Origin: a virus
DNA length: 64,000 bases
IMG/VR virus record: IMGVR_UViG_3300022602_000029
Coordinates: 1-64,000 of that record
Reading direction: 5' to 3' (one strand)
Shown: positions 38,573 through 50,900 of the stretch, piece after piece
Layout: every line of letters begins with the position of its first letter
How positions within the stretch are numbered: position 1 is the stretch's first letter
The notes under the pieces: generated by a model
The model's input: only the letters and a program-made list of their open reading frames with translations
What the model was told of the DNA's origin: nothing
Database searches by the model: none
Made by a program: the position numbers and the translations under genes

Positions 38573-40819
38573 ATGACCAATACTATAGCAAGACTGACTA
38601 CCTCGGGGACATATTATACCAGCGCAAAATTTGATGAAGTGACTGGTATACCTATCATCGATTCTAGTCTACAGATATTATTTGATGCTGGAAATCTTCG
38701 AAGTTATCCAGGATCAGGAACCATATGGTATGACATCAGCGGGAATGGATACATAGCCACCTTGACCAATACACCTTTATATTCATCGGCTAATGGTGGT
38801 TATATTTCATTCAACGGTGTCAATCAATACGCAAATACCAACTATATACAACCTGCTTATCAATCTACTAGTTCATTTACGTGGAATGTTTGGATATCAT
38901 CCGGCAATACATCTACCCAAGGACAAAATGCTACTATAGGTAATAGGAGTTATTCAGGCAGTTATTTTGATTTTACCAAGATTGACAATAACTTGACATT
39001 TGAATATTATCATACTGGTACTGTTTCTAACTATATAGTGCCTGGAAGCGTATCTAGCAATACTTGGTACAATCTTGCTATAGTGAAAAATACCAGCAGT
39101 TTTTCCTATTATGTCAATGGAGTGCTTAAAAATACACTAGTTTCGACTAATACAACAGGAACCGCTCCGCAGGCATTTTGGATTGGCGGAGACCTTAATG
39201 CTGGAGAATACGGCAACGCTAACATATCTTTAGTCAGTATATACAATCGCCCATTGTCTAGTACAGAAGTCGTGACTAACTATAATGCCTTGGCACCTAG
39301 ATTTAATCTATCGCAGATAACTGTAGGAACCGGTGCTCCTTCTAGTGTCACTACTACGGCTGTATATCTTAACTATATGGATGAAGTAACCGGCATAATC
39401 AATACCAATGGACTAGTGGGATTACTAAATGCTTCAGCCTATGGTGGGAGCGGTCCATGGAACGACTTAGTCAATACATATAACAGCAAATTTAGCGGCA
39501 CAGCCACTAACATCACTTATATCACTACAGTAAGCAACACTGCTCTTTATTTTCCTAATACATCAACTAGCGTAGTACAGTTGTATAGTATACCTGCTTC
39601 ATTTTTTACATCTACTTATACAGTATCATTCTGGGTTTTCATGAATCAGACTAACAAGGCCACTGACAATGCTTTCCTAGGTAATGGCCAATCAGGCACT
39701 AATCAAGGGCTCCATATGGGAGAAAGAGGTAGTTATACATATTATGGATTTTTTAGCGATGATCTAAGCGGAACCATTAACTTATTTCCCAGCAGGTGGT
39801 ATAATATAGTCTATCAGTATAACGCCAGTAATCTGACAAAAAATATATATCTCAACGGTGTATTAGATGCCACAGGAACGGCCACAGGAGCTTACTTACC
39901 TACGTTCAATAATACAGAAGTAGGGAGATATTCCTGGAACACCACCTATAATATGTTTGGATATATTTCTCAGGTAGCATTTTACAGTAGATTTTTAAGT
40001 CCTGCTGAGATCTTAGATAACTATCAGGCACTGGCCAAATCATATGGTCTGGCTGTAACGACTATTCCTCCTGTGTTGAGAGAAACTACTAGTTCGGTAC
40101 GTGTTTCTCAGATATTTGACGAAGTAACTCCTATGATAGTTACTACCGGAACTGTGCTGAATCTAGATGCGAAACAGTACGGAGGAGCGGGAACAGTATG
40201 GGCCGATCTTAGCCCTACAAATGATCTAGTATCTCTATACAATACTACCTTTAGTTCATCTACCAGCAGTTACTTTACTTTTAATGGATCAAACTCTGTA
40301 GTTGGTACTAACTATTATTATTCCGGGACAGGCCCGCAAAACTTTAGCCTCTGTGCTTGGTTCCAAACTTCCGTAGCTAACGGAAAGATAATAGGATTTG
40401 AAAGCGTTAATGGCCTTGGCTCATCAGGAAGCTATGATAGACATATCTATGTGGGAACAGATGGTAGGCTCTATTTCGGTGTATATCCCGGATTCATAGC
40501 CATAGATGATACTACTAGCACTTCTTATGCTAATAATATATGGCATTATGTAGTGGCTACATTTACTACAGCTACATATACCAATAATATGTTGTTGTAT
40601 GTAGATGGAAGTCTCACCGGAGTGGCATCTTCTACAGGTCCTCCTCAGGCATATTCAGGTTGGTGGAAAATCGGCGGTAATAGTATAGGAGGCTGGAACA
40701 CAGTTACTAATGCCACGTTCCAGGGTAATATTTCTATGGTACAGGTTTATAATCGTCCTATAACGGCAGCAGAAGTCTCGGAAAACTTTAATCAAACCAG
40801 AGGCAGGTTCGGGGTTTAA
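38573..40819 (+). CDS. triple LamG/concanavalin-A-like lectin protein with DEV linkers
   Basis: 748 aa; FDEVT, MDEVT and FDEVT each precede a LamG-like domain ending Y[N/S]R.L/I...E...N[Y/F]. Confidence 0.78.
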   Translation: MTNTIARLTTSGTYYTSAKFDEVTGIPIIDSSLQILFDAGNLRSYPGSGTIWYDISGNGYIATLTNTPLYSSANGGYISFNGVNQYANTNYIQPAYQSTSSFTWNVWISSGNTSTQGQNATIGNRSYSGSYFDFTKIDNNLTFEYYHTGTVSNYIVPGSVSSNTWYNLAIVKNTSSFSYYVNGVLKNTLVSTNTTGTAPQAFWIGGDLNAGEYGNANISLVSIYNRPLSSTEVVTNYNALAPRFNLSQITVGTGAPSSVTTTAVYLNYMDEVTGIINTNGLVGLLNASAYGGSGPWNDLVNTYNSKFSGTATNITYITTVSNTALYFPNTSTSVVQLYSIPASFFTSTYTVSFWVFMNQTNKATDNAFLGNGQSGTNQGLHMGERGSYTYYGFFSDDLSGTINLFPSRWYNIVYQYNASNLTKNIYLNGVLDATGTATGAYLPTFNNTEVGRYSWNTTYNMFGYISQVAFYSRFLSPAEILDNYQALAKSYGLAVTTIPPVLRETTSSVRVSQIFDEVTPMIVTTGTVLNLDAKQYGGAGTVWADLSPTNDLVSLYNTTFSSSTSSYFTFNGSNSVVGTNYYYSGTGPQNFSLCAWFQTSVANGKIIGFESVNGLGSSGSYDRHIYVGTDGRLYFGVYPGFIAIDDTTSTSYANNIWHYVVATFTTATYTNNMLLYVDGSLTGVASSTGPPQAYSGWWKIGGNSIGGWNTVTNATFQGNISMVQVYNRPITAAEVSENFNQTRGRFGV

Positions 40820-40827
40820 AAATACAA

Positions 40828-40833
40828 TAAATA
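40828..40833 (+). promoter_or_regulatory. late promoter core (TAAATA)
   Basis: 7 nt upstream of the ATG at 40841; no SD. Confidence 0.65.
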
Positions 40834-40840
40834 TCATACT

Positions 40841-41509
40841 ATGGCAAGACTTCAAAGCGGAACAAGGATATACGGCACAGCAACAGTTGACACGATTTTA
40901 TTCGTCAACAGTACCGCCACTGCTGTTTCAACTAGCACGGGCGCACTAGTAGTAGCAGGCGGTGCGGGATTCAATGGAAATATATATTTCAATGGAAATC
41001 TATACCAGAATGGAGCTCTTTTTACCAGCGGTGTTAGTACAGGAACCACATCTACTTTTTTTATAAACAACAACACACAGAGTACCAGCACTAATACAGG
41101 TGCACTGGTAGTAGCAGGCGGTGTAGGCGTAGGTGGCAATATCTACGCAGGTGGCGCTTTATTTGCTGTTACCAAGTCATTCCTGATCGAACATCCTACC
41201 AAACCAGGTATGAAACTGCGTTACGGAAGCCTAGAAGGTCCTGAAAATGGCGTCTATGTGAGAGGAAGATTGAAAGGAACTACTACTATTGAACTACCGG
41301 ACTATTGGTCAAAACTAGTTGACCCTGAAAGTGTCACAGTTCAAATCACACCAATAGGTCGTCACCAGAAGTTATTCGTGCAAGAGATCACAAACAATCA
41401 AGTAATCATAGAAAATGATGCACTGTTTGGCGGTAGCATCGACTGCTATTATGTCATATTCGCCGAGCGTGCTGATACTGATAAACTAGCAGTCGAGATA
41501 CCAGGATGA
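40841..41509 (+). CDS. short fibre protein with C-terminal chaperone-like domain
   Basis: 222 aa; MARLQSGTRIYG N-terminus; TGAL repeats; KSFLIEHP..PG..LRYGSLEGPE.GVY.RG...IELPDYW..LV domain commonly found at phage fibre C-termini. Confidence 0.7.
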   Translation: MARLQSGTRIYGTATVDTILFVNSTATAVSTSTGALVVAGGAGFNGNIYFNGNLYQNGALFTSGVSTGTTSTFFINNNTQSTSTNTGALVVAGGVGVGGNIYAGGALFAVTKSFLIEHPTKPGMKLRYGSLEGPENGVYVRGRLKGTTTIELPDYWSKLVDPESVTVQITPIGRHQKLFVQEITNNQVIIENDALFGGSIDCYYVIFAERADTDKLAVEIPG

Positions 41510-42861
41510 GCATAAGTTATAATCCCAGTATAGTCACACAAAATCTCGCTCTCTTGGTAGATACAGTAAATCCCAAGAGCTATACTAATAGCGAGAATCT
41601 ATTTTACTATAGTGAAAATTTAAACTATAGCGGGTATACTAATTTATCAGCATATACCGTAACCTATGCTACCAGCGTTATCAGTCCCGCAGGTACTACA
41701 TCAACTAATACTGTGATAGGTGCTAGTACATCAGCTAACTACTCATATATCAGCCAGCAGTATATCACCGGACAGGGTGGATATTATACCTTCAGTATGT
41801 ACGCAAAACCGGGAACTACTGGCACGATCACACTGATACATGGTACTAATGGATTCTATACTCCTAATGGAACCAGCACAGTATATGCCACGGTGATAGT
41901 TGACCTGCCTACCAGTACTATGACTCTACGTGGATTGTCACAGGGCACAGGGAATAATAATACCATAGCTGATTTTTCTTGGGGGAAGACTCCGGCAGCT
42001 AACGGTTGGACCAGATATTATATCATTGCAAACTTAACTACATCTACCAATCTCTGGCCCATGACCAGTGTTAATGCGGGATTTTATGTAGGAATCCCCG
42101 GTAATACTTCTGCAGCTAATGGGTTGAATATGTATGCCTGGGGATTACAGTTAGAAAACAGCACGCAGATGAATAGCTACACGCCTACTGCTGGATCTAA
42201 TGCTTTCCGTAGTTTAATATGGAATGATATCAGCGGTAATAATAATAACCTAACCATAGGCGGCGGTATATATAATCCAGGGCAAAGCATGAGTAGTGGA
42301 GTATTTTTCACCAACTCTGCTACAGTATGTTCAGCTTCTGCTAGCCAGAATTTCTTAAAAACTACCAGTGCCACTAATGTATCATATAGTTTTACTATCA
42401 ATGCCAACTGGTATGCTGACCAGTATTATCAAACATTATTTGGTATGCAAAGCAGTGGTTTTACTTATGTGGCCACTTTAATTTTAGACAACGCAGTTAG
42501 CCCTATAGGAGACCTATGTGTAGATATGAGATCACCGCTAGGAAATGATAGAGATATCATCCAATATAATATGTTGCCCTATAGTAATCAGTGGATATTG
42601 TTAACCTATACATTTAATACCGGAACACATAGTCTCTATGTAAACAATAATCTAGTAGCGCAAGCCTCGGGTAATAATAAAATCTTTCCAGGCTGGCCTA
42701 GCGGGGTTAGCAATAGCGGATTTGCCATAGGAACCAATCTCGATTCGGCTAGACCTATAGGCAACGCTAACATAGGATGGGTCGCAGTATATAATTCAAC
42801 CTTAACTCTTGATCAGATAACACAGAATTTCTCAGCACTACGCGGGAGGTATGGTATATGA
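41506..42861 (+). CDS. CBM-like plus LamG-like lectin protein
   Basis: 451 aa; P.IVT..L.L.VD..NPKSY N-terminus; YAWGLQLE module; C-terminal YNSTLT..QITQNF.ALRGRYGI; ATGA overlap. Confidence 0.75.
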   Translation: MSISYNPSIVTQNLALLVDTVNPKSYTNSENLFYYSENLNYSGYTNLSAYTVTYATSVISPAGTTSTNTVIGASTSANYSYISQQYITGQGGYYTFSMYAKPGTTGTITLIHGTNGFYTPNGTSTVYATVIVDLPTSTMTLRGLSQGTGNNNTIADFSWGKTPAANGWTRYYIIANLTTSTNLWPMTSVNAGFYVGIPGNTSAANGLNMYAWGLQLENSTQMNSYTPTAGSNAFRSLIWNDISGNNNNLTIGGGIYNPGQSMSSGVFFTNSATVCSASASQNFLKTTSATNVSYSFTINANWYADQYYQTLFGMQSSGFTYVATLILDNAVSPIGDLCVDMRSPLGNDRDIIQYNMLPYSNQWILLTYTFNTGTHSLYVNNNLVAQASGNNKIFPGWPSGVSNSGFAIGTNLDSARPIGNANIGWVAVYNSTLTLDQITQNFSALRGRYGI

Positions 42862-44213
42862 CTATCATAGCAGGCCCAGTTATATCATCGGGACTAATCT
42901 ATTTCTCAGATCCAGGTAACAAAAAAAGCTATAATCCGTCTGAGAATCTATATCCCCAAAGCGAAACGTTAAATGCGGGAGGATATAGTTTTATAAACGA
43001 TGCACCTAGCCCTTATTATCAAGTAAACTCCGGTGGACCTTATGGTGGAGTGTACTTTGTTACTACTGTCACTACCTATTCAGGAAATTATTGGTTTGAA
43101 TGGGGGAATACAGTCAGCCTTAATGCAGGAGATACTGTGACACAGACATGGCATGTTAGGCCTTATGTTACTGCTACCAACACGATGACACAGATCCAAC
43201 TACAGTTATGGACAGGAGCAGGTAGGGCATGGACCACTACCCGACTAGTTACTTTTAATCTAGGTAGTAATCCTAGCGTATCTGGTTATAGTTATAGCAC
43301 TAGTCAAACTGGGGCCATATCAGTATTAGATAATGGATGGTATAGGATCAGTCAAACAGCAACTGCTGATCAATCAGGTTATAGTGGTATGAGTCTTTTT
43401 GTAGGGAGCCTATCTACTACAGGTACGACCTATCATTTTGCGGCAGCGCAGATAGAAAAAAATCCTCAGTTCACTGGCTACACTCCTACCTATGGTACAG
43501 CTATTACGAGAGCCACAGGGTTATCTGATCTCAGTCTGACCAGTAGTACACTCAGCACATTCGTAAACGGCAATGCTGTCTATTATCCTGCCAACGGAGG
43601 ATATCTTAATCTAGGTCCTGCGAACTACATATCAAATAATATCACTAACTACGCCTATATCAACACACCATTATCTGGAATCAGATTCAGCGCTACAAGT
43701 GATTTTACGATTTCTACTTGGTTTAACTTTGGCAATAACTTCTCCACATTGACTAATATCATGGGAACATTAGCAGGTTCGTTATATTTCAATGGTTGGG
43801 GATTGCAGTGGTTTGGTAATACTACTACCTATCAAATCAGCACTTGGGTTCGTACTAGTGTAGGTATAGTGGGATGTTATGGCGTCTATGATTCGGCTGG
43901 TCCGGGAAATGGTTATAACTGCAACACCAGCACATGGTATAATGCTACCATGGTATACAGTACTATCAATGCTTACCATGCTATCTATGTCAATGGACAG
44001 CTGGCTAACATAGCTAATCCTCCATTAACTACTGGAACATTCGTAGTAACTAACCCTAATTTTAATTTAGGTAGCAGTAACGGAGCGGGAGGAGGTGCTA
44101 CACAGGTACCATTTCCTGGATCATTTGGCCCTACCCAGGTCTACAATCGTATGCTATCGTCGGATGAGATACAGCAGAACTTCAACGCATATAGAGGAAG
44201 ATACGGATTATGA
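42858..44213 (+). CDS. CBM-like plus LamG-like lectin protein, paralog of 41506
   Basis: 451 aa; same architecture; ends YNRMLSSDEIQQNFNAYRGRYGL. Confidence 0.75.
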   Translation: MTIIAGPVISSGLIYFSDPGNKKSYNPSENLYPQSETLNAGGYSFINDAPSPYYQVNSGGPYGGVYFVTTVTTYSGNYWFEWGNTVSLNAGDTVTQTWHVRPYVTATNTMTQIQLQLWTGAGRAWTTTRLVTFNLGSNPSVSGYSYSTSQTGAISVLDNGWYRISQTATADQSGYSGMSLFVGSLSTTGTTYHFAAAQIEKNPQFTGYTPTYGTAITRATGLSDLSLTSSTLSTFVNGNAVYYPANGGYLNLGPANYISNNITNYAYINTPLSGIRFSATSDFTISTWFNFGNNFSTLTNIMGTLAGSLYFNGWGLQWFGNTTTYQISTWVRTSVGIVGCYGVYDSAGPGNGYNCNTSTWYNATMVYSTINAYHAIYVNGQLANIANPPLTTGTFVVTNPNFNLGSSNGAGGGATQVPFPGSFGPTQVYNRMLSSDEIQQNFNAYRGRYGL

Positions 44214-44971
44214 GTCTAACACACAGTCCCCAAATAGTGACCAACGGACTAGTATACATGGTCGATTCGGCTAGTCCCAAGTGTTGGAACGGCACAGCTA
44301 CAAATATCAACGCCTTGATCAACTCAGGATCAAGCACATTGAGCGGTAGCGGAGCAGTGCCCACCGCTTGGTGGGGAGATACCAGCTACTATAAAACACG
44401 TACATTGGCCATAAACAGCAATACTACCAGCACCAGCCAGCTACAGCTCAATAATATAGACCTAAACGCACTGGCATTAACCGGTAATTTGACCATAATG
44501 TACGCGGCACAGAAAATATATTATGGTCTAGGACCCAGCTCTGGCCCGGGAAACAGCGCATTTTTCAACGCCAGTTATAGCGGATATACAGAAGGATGGC
44601 GCATAACCGAAGGCAATCAAGGAACACCCGGAAGTCCTTTTACTGGACAACATTCCTGGAGCTTAGGATTTCCAGATGTGCAGGCTGGACTCACGGTAAA
44701 CGATATTAATAGTAACGTCAATAGGATGAACATAGTGGCATTTACTGTCAATCCCACAACTATAGCAGGATGGTGCAATGGTACCTATATAACCAGGACC
44801 AACCCACAGAACTATATCAGTGGTAGTAATAACTGTATATTTGCGGGGAGAGAAGGGGGAGAAGGAAGTTTTAATGGCCTATTGGGATTCATGATGTTTT
44901 ACAATCGTGCCCTGACACTTACTGAAATACAGCAGAATTTCAATGCCATGCGCGGCCGCTATAACTTATAA
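44210..44971 (+). CDS. single LamG/concanavalin-A-like lectin protein
   Basis: 253 aa; SPQIVTNGLVYMVDSASPK N-terminus; ends FYNRALTLTEIQQNFNAMRGRYNL. Confidence 0.78.
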   Translation: MSLTHSPQIVTNGLVYMVDSASPKCWNGTATNINALINSGSSTLSGSGAVPTAWWGDTSYYKTRTLAINSNTTSTSQLQLNNIDLNALALTGNLTIMYAAQKIYYGLGPSSGPGNSAFFNASYSGYTEGWRITEGNQGTPGSPFTGQHSWSLGFPDVQAGLTVNDINSNVNRMNIVAFTVNPTTIAGWCNGTYITRTNPQNYISGSNNCIFAGREGGEGSFNGLLGFMMFYNRALTLTEIQQNFNAMRGRYNL

Positions 44972-44974
44972 ATA
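44967..44974 (+). promoter_or_regulatory. late promoter, full TATAAATA consensus
   Basis: Exact T4 late consensus overlapping the previous stop codon, 21 nt before the ATG at 44996. Confidence 0.75.
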
Positions 44975-44995
44975 CTGGATAAACGGTAAAACTAC

Positions 44996-47900
44996 ATGGC
45001 CTATAGCAATCAGAATTTGACAATAATACCAAATATTGGTAATCCAAATGATGTCCCACAGATAGTATTCACAGCCAGCAATACTTCTACCACCTCTACT
45101 ATAGTATTGCGAGCCTATGCTATCAACGGCGGACAGCTGAGTTTTGAAGGTAGCGCCGGACAGTTATTCAGTATCAACAACAGCCTAGTTGGTACTATAT
45201 TTTCAGTAAACGACATATCCGGTATCCCTAGTATATCAGTGACAGATACAGGTACTGTAGCACTGGCTCCCTTCAACGGTTATGTCACTTTAGGCAGCAA
45301 CGTTCCTAGTTTTAGTACCAATACCGGAGCATTAGTGGTATCGGGCGGTGTTGGAATAAGCGGAAATCTAAACGTAGGCGGACAGATCACAGGTGGCGGT
45401 GGATCTTTTGGTACAGGTACAGCAGCCACTCCTACGCTAGCAGGTGTCGTATATGCTATCACTACGGCTAGCACACAGTGTTATAACGTAGCTTTAGGAT
45501 GGCAAGGCCTTGTCTCTAACACCCTGGGATTCTGTAACGTAGCCATAGGTTACCAGTCTCTTAGATCTAATACAGCCGGTTGTTACAATACCGCAGTTGG
45601 TACCTGCGCTCTTTACTGCAACACCACTGGTAATCTTAACGTAGGTGTCGGTATCAACGCACTACAGTGCAATAGTTCGGGATATGACAATACCGCTGTT
45701 GGCGCGGACGCACTACAGGGCAACACTTATGGTAACTGTAACGTAGCTATTGGTACGTTCGCTATGCAGTGTAGTAAATCGGGTATAGGCAACGTAGCTA
45801 TAGGCTATGGATCCATGAATCTCAGCGTCAGCGCTAGTAATAATGTAGTTGTTGGTATCTCCGCTATGTTCTGTAACGCTGGGGGAAGTTTCAATACCGC
45901 TCTAGGTAGCGGTGCGCTACAACGAAATACTAATAGTGTAGCTAATACTGTTATAGGATATAATTCTATGGCGCTTGCTACGGCCGGTGCCAGCTATAAC
46001 ACGGCGATAGGTAATCAAGCTCTTTTCAATAACAGTGCTAGTTATCAGGTAGCTGTAGGTTATCAGGCGATGTGTTGCAACACTACAGGAGCGAGAAATA
46101 CAGCTATAGGAACTTTGGCTCTATCGAAAAATACCTATGGCTGCATGAACACGGCACTGGGTTACGGTGTTATGCAGAATAATGCTACTGGTAACTTTAA
46201 TATAGGCATAGGTTATACAGCATTATATGGTAACACCACAGGCAATGCGAATGTAGCCATAGGCATACAGAGTTTGTGCACTAACACCAGCGGTAACAAA
46301 AACATCGCTATCGGTTGGGACTCTATGAAACAGAACACCATTGGTTACATGAACGTGGCCATAGGTGGATATGGAGCTCTATGTGGAAATACCTACGGTA
46401 ACTGTAACATAGCGATAGGTGCCTGTAGTCTGAATAATAACAAATCCGGATGTAATAACATAGCATTAGGTAGTAATGCGCTTTATTCAAATTGCGGTGG
46501 TAAAGATAACTTCGCCGCTGGGGCATCTGCTCTATTTGCCAATACAGCAGGTTGTGGTAATATAGCCGTGGGAACCCTGGCTCTTACCTGCAACACCACT
46601 GGCAGCAATAACATAGCATTAGGATGCTGTTCTCTACTCAATAATACTACGGGAACCAACAACTTCGCCGCAGGCTACAGCGCGATGAAATTTAATACCT
46701 ATGGGTATAGCAACATCGCTATAGGAAACCAGGCATTGGTCAATAATATCGGAGGTTATTATAACACGGCCCTGGGAATCAGCGCATTAGGTTGTAATAC
46801 TTTTGGTAACAATAACTTCGCGGCAGGCGAATGTGCTATGGCCTCGAATACTGGCGGTAATATTAACATAGGTATTGGATTCCAATCTCTATATTTTAAT
46901 ACAACAGGTTGTAATAATATCGCCTTAGGTAACCAAGCTCTTCTCTGTAATACTACCGGTATTAATAACTTTGCCGCTAGCTCTAATGCCTTGAAGGCTA
47001 ATACTGTTGGATCTGATAACGTAGCTATTGGATATTTCTCTCTATGTAACAATACCACAGGTAATCATAATATAGCCCTAGGGTGTCAGTCATTATTCAG
47101 TAATACCACAGGTTTTAACAACGTGGCCCTTGGCAATCAGGTCATGTTCTGCAATACCACAGGAAACAATAACTTTGCTTCCGGATGTAATGCTCTATAC
47201 TACAATACTGGCGGAGGCAGCAATAACCTAGTGATAGGCCAGTATGGCATGTTCTGTAACATAAGTGGTAACTACAACATAGCATTTGGACTTCAAGCTA
47301 TGCGTTGTAACAGCTACGGTAGTTGTAATATCGCTATAGGTGCTTGTTCACTTTTCTCTAATACGACAGGTATTAATAACATTGCATTTGGTCCTAACGC
47401 TATGCAGAAAAACACCTACGGTAGTAATAACTTTGCCGCAGGTTGTACAGCACTACAAGCCAACATAAGTGGTAATAATAATTTTGCGGTAGGATGCCTA
47501 GCACTATATGGTAATACCGTCGGATGCAACAACGTTAGTATCGGAGTTAGCACGTTAAAATGTAATACTGCAGGTTTAAATAATACTGCTATCGGCTGTC
47601 AGGCTCTTTACTGCAACACCACTGGTAGTAATAACTTCGCCGCAGGTTCAACAGCTCTTAAAAATAACACTTCGGGACTATATAATACCGCTATCGGCGC
47701 TGCCGCACTTTTTGGTAATACCTATGGGCAAAATAATATAGGTATCGGTTGTTATGCCTTGTTATGCAGTACCACTGGATGTAACAACCTAGCATTAGGT
47801 GGAAATTCACTATATAGCAATGCCAGCGGTTCTAACAATATCGCTATTGGCTGTAATAGCATGTATGCCAGTGTGGGTGGTTTCAACAATATAGCTTTGG

Positions 47901-50900
47901 GATATTATGGATTAAAGGCTAATACTACAGGTAATAGTAATATAGCGCTAGGTTACAAATCATTATATGGTAACACTTCTGGCACCAACAACACCGCAAT
48001 AGGTTACGGCAGCCTCAAGTGCAACACCACTGGCTGTCAAAACATCGGCATAGGTATTGCCGCAGGATGCCTAATCACAGTTGGAAATAATAACGTAATC
48101 ATAGGCGGTTATGGAGCAGTAAACTTCGCCAACAGCAACAGCAACATCATATTGGCTACTGGTGCAGGCACAGTACAACATCTATTCAACGCCAATGGCG
48201 CTGTTAGTTTTGGATCTACCAGCTCATTTGGTACCAGCGGGCAAGCACTGATTTCTCGAGGTCCTAGTAGCACACCATGTTGGGGTACGGTCAGTGGCAG
48301 TTCTCCTTCTCTAAACACCTATTGCTCTTTCTACGTAACTAGTCCTACTATCAGCACTAGCGGTATCAATAACTTTGCCGTAGGTTGTTGCTCATTCACT
48401 AATAATGCCAACGGTGCCAACAACTTTGCCGTTGGATACGGTGCGCTTTACGCTAATACAGTTGGATCTAACAATATAGCCATAGGCTGTAATTCTCTGC
48501 GTTCAAATCTAGTAGGTACACTGAATATAGCGATGGGGCAGGGGGCCTTGTATAATAATACCGCAGGTAACTACAACGTAGCTATGGGACTTAACGCCAT
48601 GTGCGGCAATCTATGTGGTGCTAACAACTTTGCCGCGGGCTTTGGCGCCCTACAAGGTACTAACCATATCGGTTGTTATAATATCGCTATCGGTTCAGCG
48701 GCTTTACAAAGCAACTGTGCGGGATCTTTCAATACTGCGTTGGGTGATCAGGCCCTAGCCAACAACTCTATAGGTTGTTACAACTTTGCTGTTGGATTAT
48801 TTCCACTACTAGCTAATACAGCAGGTAACAACAACACAGCCATTGGTTACGGTACTTTAAAATGTAATACCACAGGTGCTAATAATATTGCTATGGGCTA
48901 TGGCGCTTTAAAGTGTAATACCATTGGAGGCAATAATACAGCGATCGGATGCTGTTCACTTTACTCCAATACTGCTTCTAATAACATAGCATTAGGAGCC
49001 TTTTCACTTGCACTTAACACCACAGGTACTGGTAATGTAGCTATTGGAATAAGCGCACTTCAGTGTAATACTCGTGGCGGTTGTAATATAGCATTAGGAA
49101 CCAACAGCCTATACTGTAATACCACCGGTGTTGCCAACATCGCAGTAGGAACCTGTAGCCTTGCTGGCAATACCTCTGGCTACTATAATACAGCATTAGG
49201 AGGTACGAGCCTACGCAACAACTCCTATGGAAACTCTAACATTGCGGTGGGATATGGTAGCCTCTGTACTAATACTGTTGGTAATTGTAACACCGCAGTG
49301 GGTAACTACAGCCTCCGTTGCAATACCTGTGGCAGCTACAATACTGCATTAGGTTATGGATCGCTTACAAATAACACCACCAGCAACTTTAACGTCGCTG
49401 TCGGATTCAACAGTCTCTGCTCCAACACCACAGGAAACTGCAATACCGCAGTAGGCGCCAGCAGTCTATTCCAAAATACCTCGGGCTCAAGCAACGTCGC
49501 ACTAGGTTTTAGTAGCCTCCGGTATAACACTACCGGCTGCAATAATGTGGCAGTGGGTTCTTCCAGTCTCTATGGTAATACCGTTGGTCAAAATAATGTG
49601 GCAGTGGGAAATAACGCTTTATGTGCTAACACCACTGGCAACAACATGACTGCTATAGGTTATGGGACTCTCCGGAATAACACTACTGGAGTAGGTAACA
49701 CCGCAGTAGGTACCCTCAGTCTCTCTGCGAATACGACTGGTGCCTGTAACACTGCTATAGGTAATCAAGGCCTCTTCAATAATACTTCTGGCAGCTGCAA
49801 CACCGCGTTAGGAGGTCTAGCCCTCTATGCTAACACCGGTGGCAACTACAACGTCGCATTAGGTTACAATAGTCTCTATAGAAATACTACCGGCAACTGT
49901 AATGTCGCTGTAGGAGCATGTAGCCTCTACGGTAATACCGTAGGCAACTACAACGTCGCAATAGGCCATCTCAGCCTCCGATGCAACACCGCTGGCAACT
50001 GCAACGTCGCAATAGGATTAAGAGCTCTTTATTATAATACTACCGGAGGCAACAATATAGCAGTGGGCTACGGTAGTCTTTATGGTAACACCAGTGGTTG
50101 TAATAATGTCGCACTAGGTACTAATAGCCTCTTTTCCAACACCACTGGCATACAAAACTCCTCTGTAGGCGCCTACAGCCTACGTAATAACACATATGGC
50201 GTCTGCAATGTAGCATTCGGCGCCTGTACCCTCTACTGCAACTCTAGCGGCAGCTATAACTCTGCTGTAGGGATGCAGGCACTTTATAATAATACCACTG
50301 GCAGCTACAACACGGCCTTAGGTATCTATGCACTATACGGCAATACCGCAGGTGTCGGTAATACAGCAGTGGGCGCATGTGCATTAAAATGTAATATCAG
50401 TGGCAATAATAATATAGCTATTGGCCTATCGGCATTATACAATAATACCACCGGCACCCTCAACACCGCAATAGGCGCTTGTAGCCTCTTCTGCAACACC
50501 ACCGGCGGCTACAATACCGCATTAGGTTACCAAAGCCTCCGTAGTAACACTTCTGGCACCAGCAACGTCGCGATAGGTAACAACAGCCTCTACAACAACA
50601 CCAAAGGCCTCTGCAACACTGCTGTAGGTAACAACAGCCTCTACTGTAATACAACTGGCGTCGGTAACATCGCAGTAGGCACTTACGGCCTCTATGCCAA
50701 CACTACTGGCTCTCGTAACACCGCAATAGGAGTCTTCGGCCTCTACTGCAATATCACTGGCATCAATAACACCGCAGTGGGTGCTTACAGCCTCTATAAG
50801 AACTCTACTGGCGGCTACAACACCGCATTAGGTGTCTGCAGCCTCTACAACAACTATGGTGGTAGTTGTAACACCGCACTAGGTTACAACAGCCTCCTCA

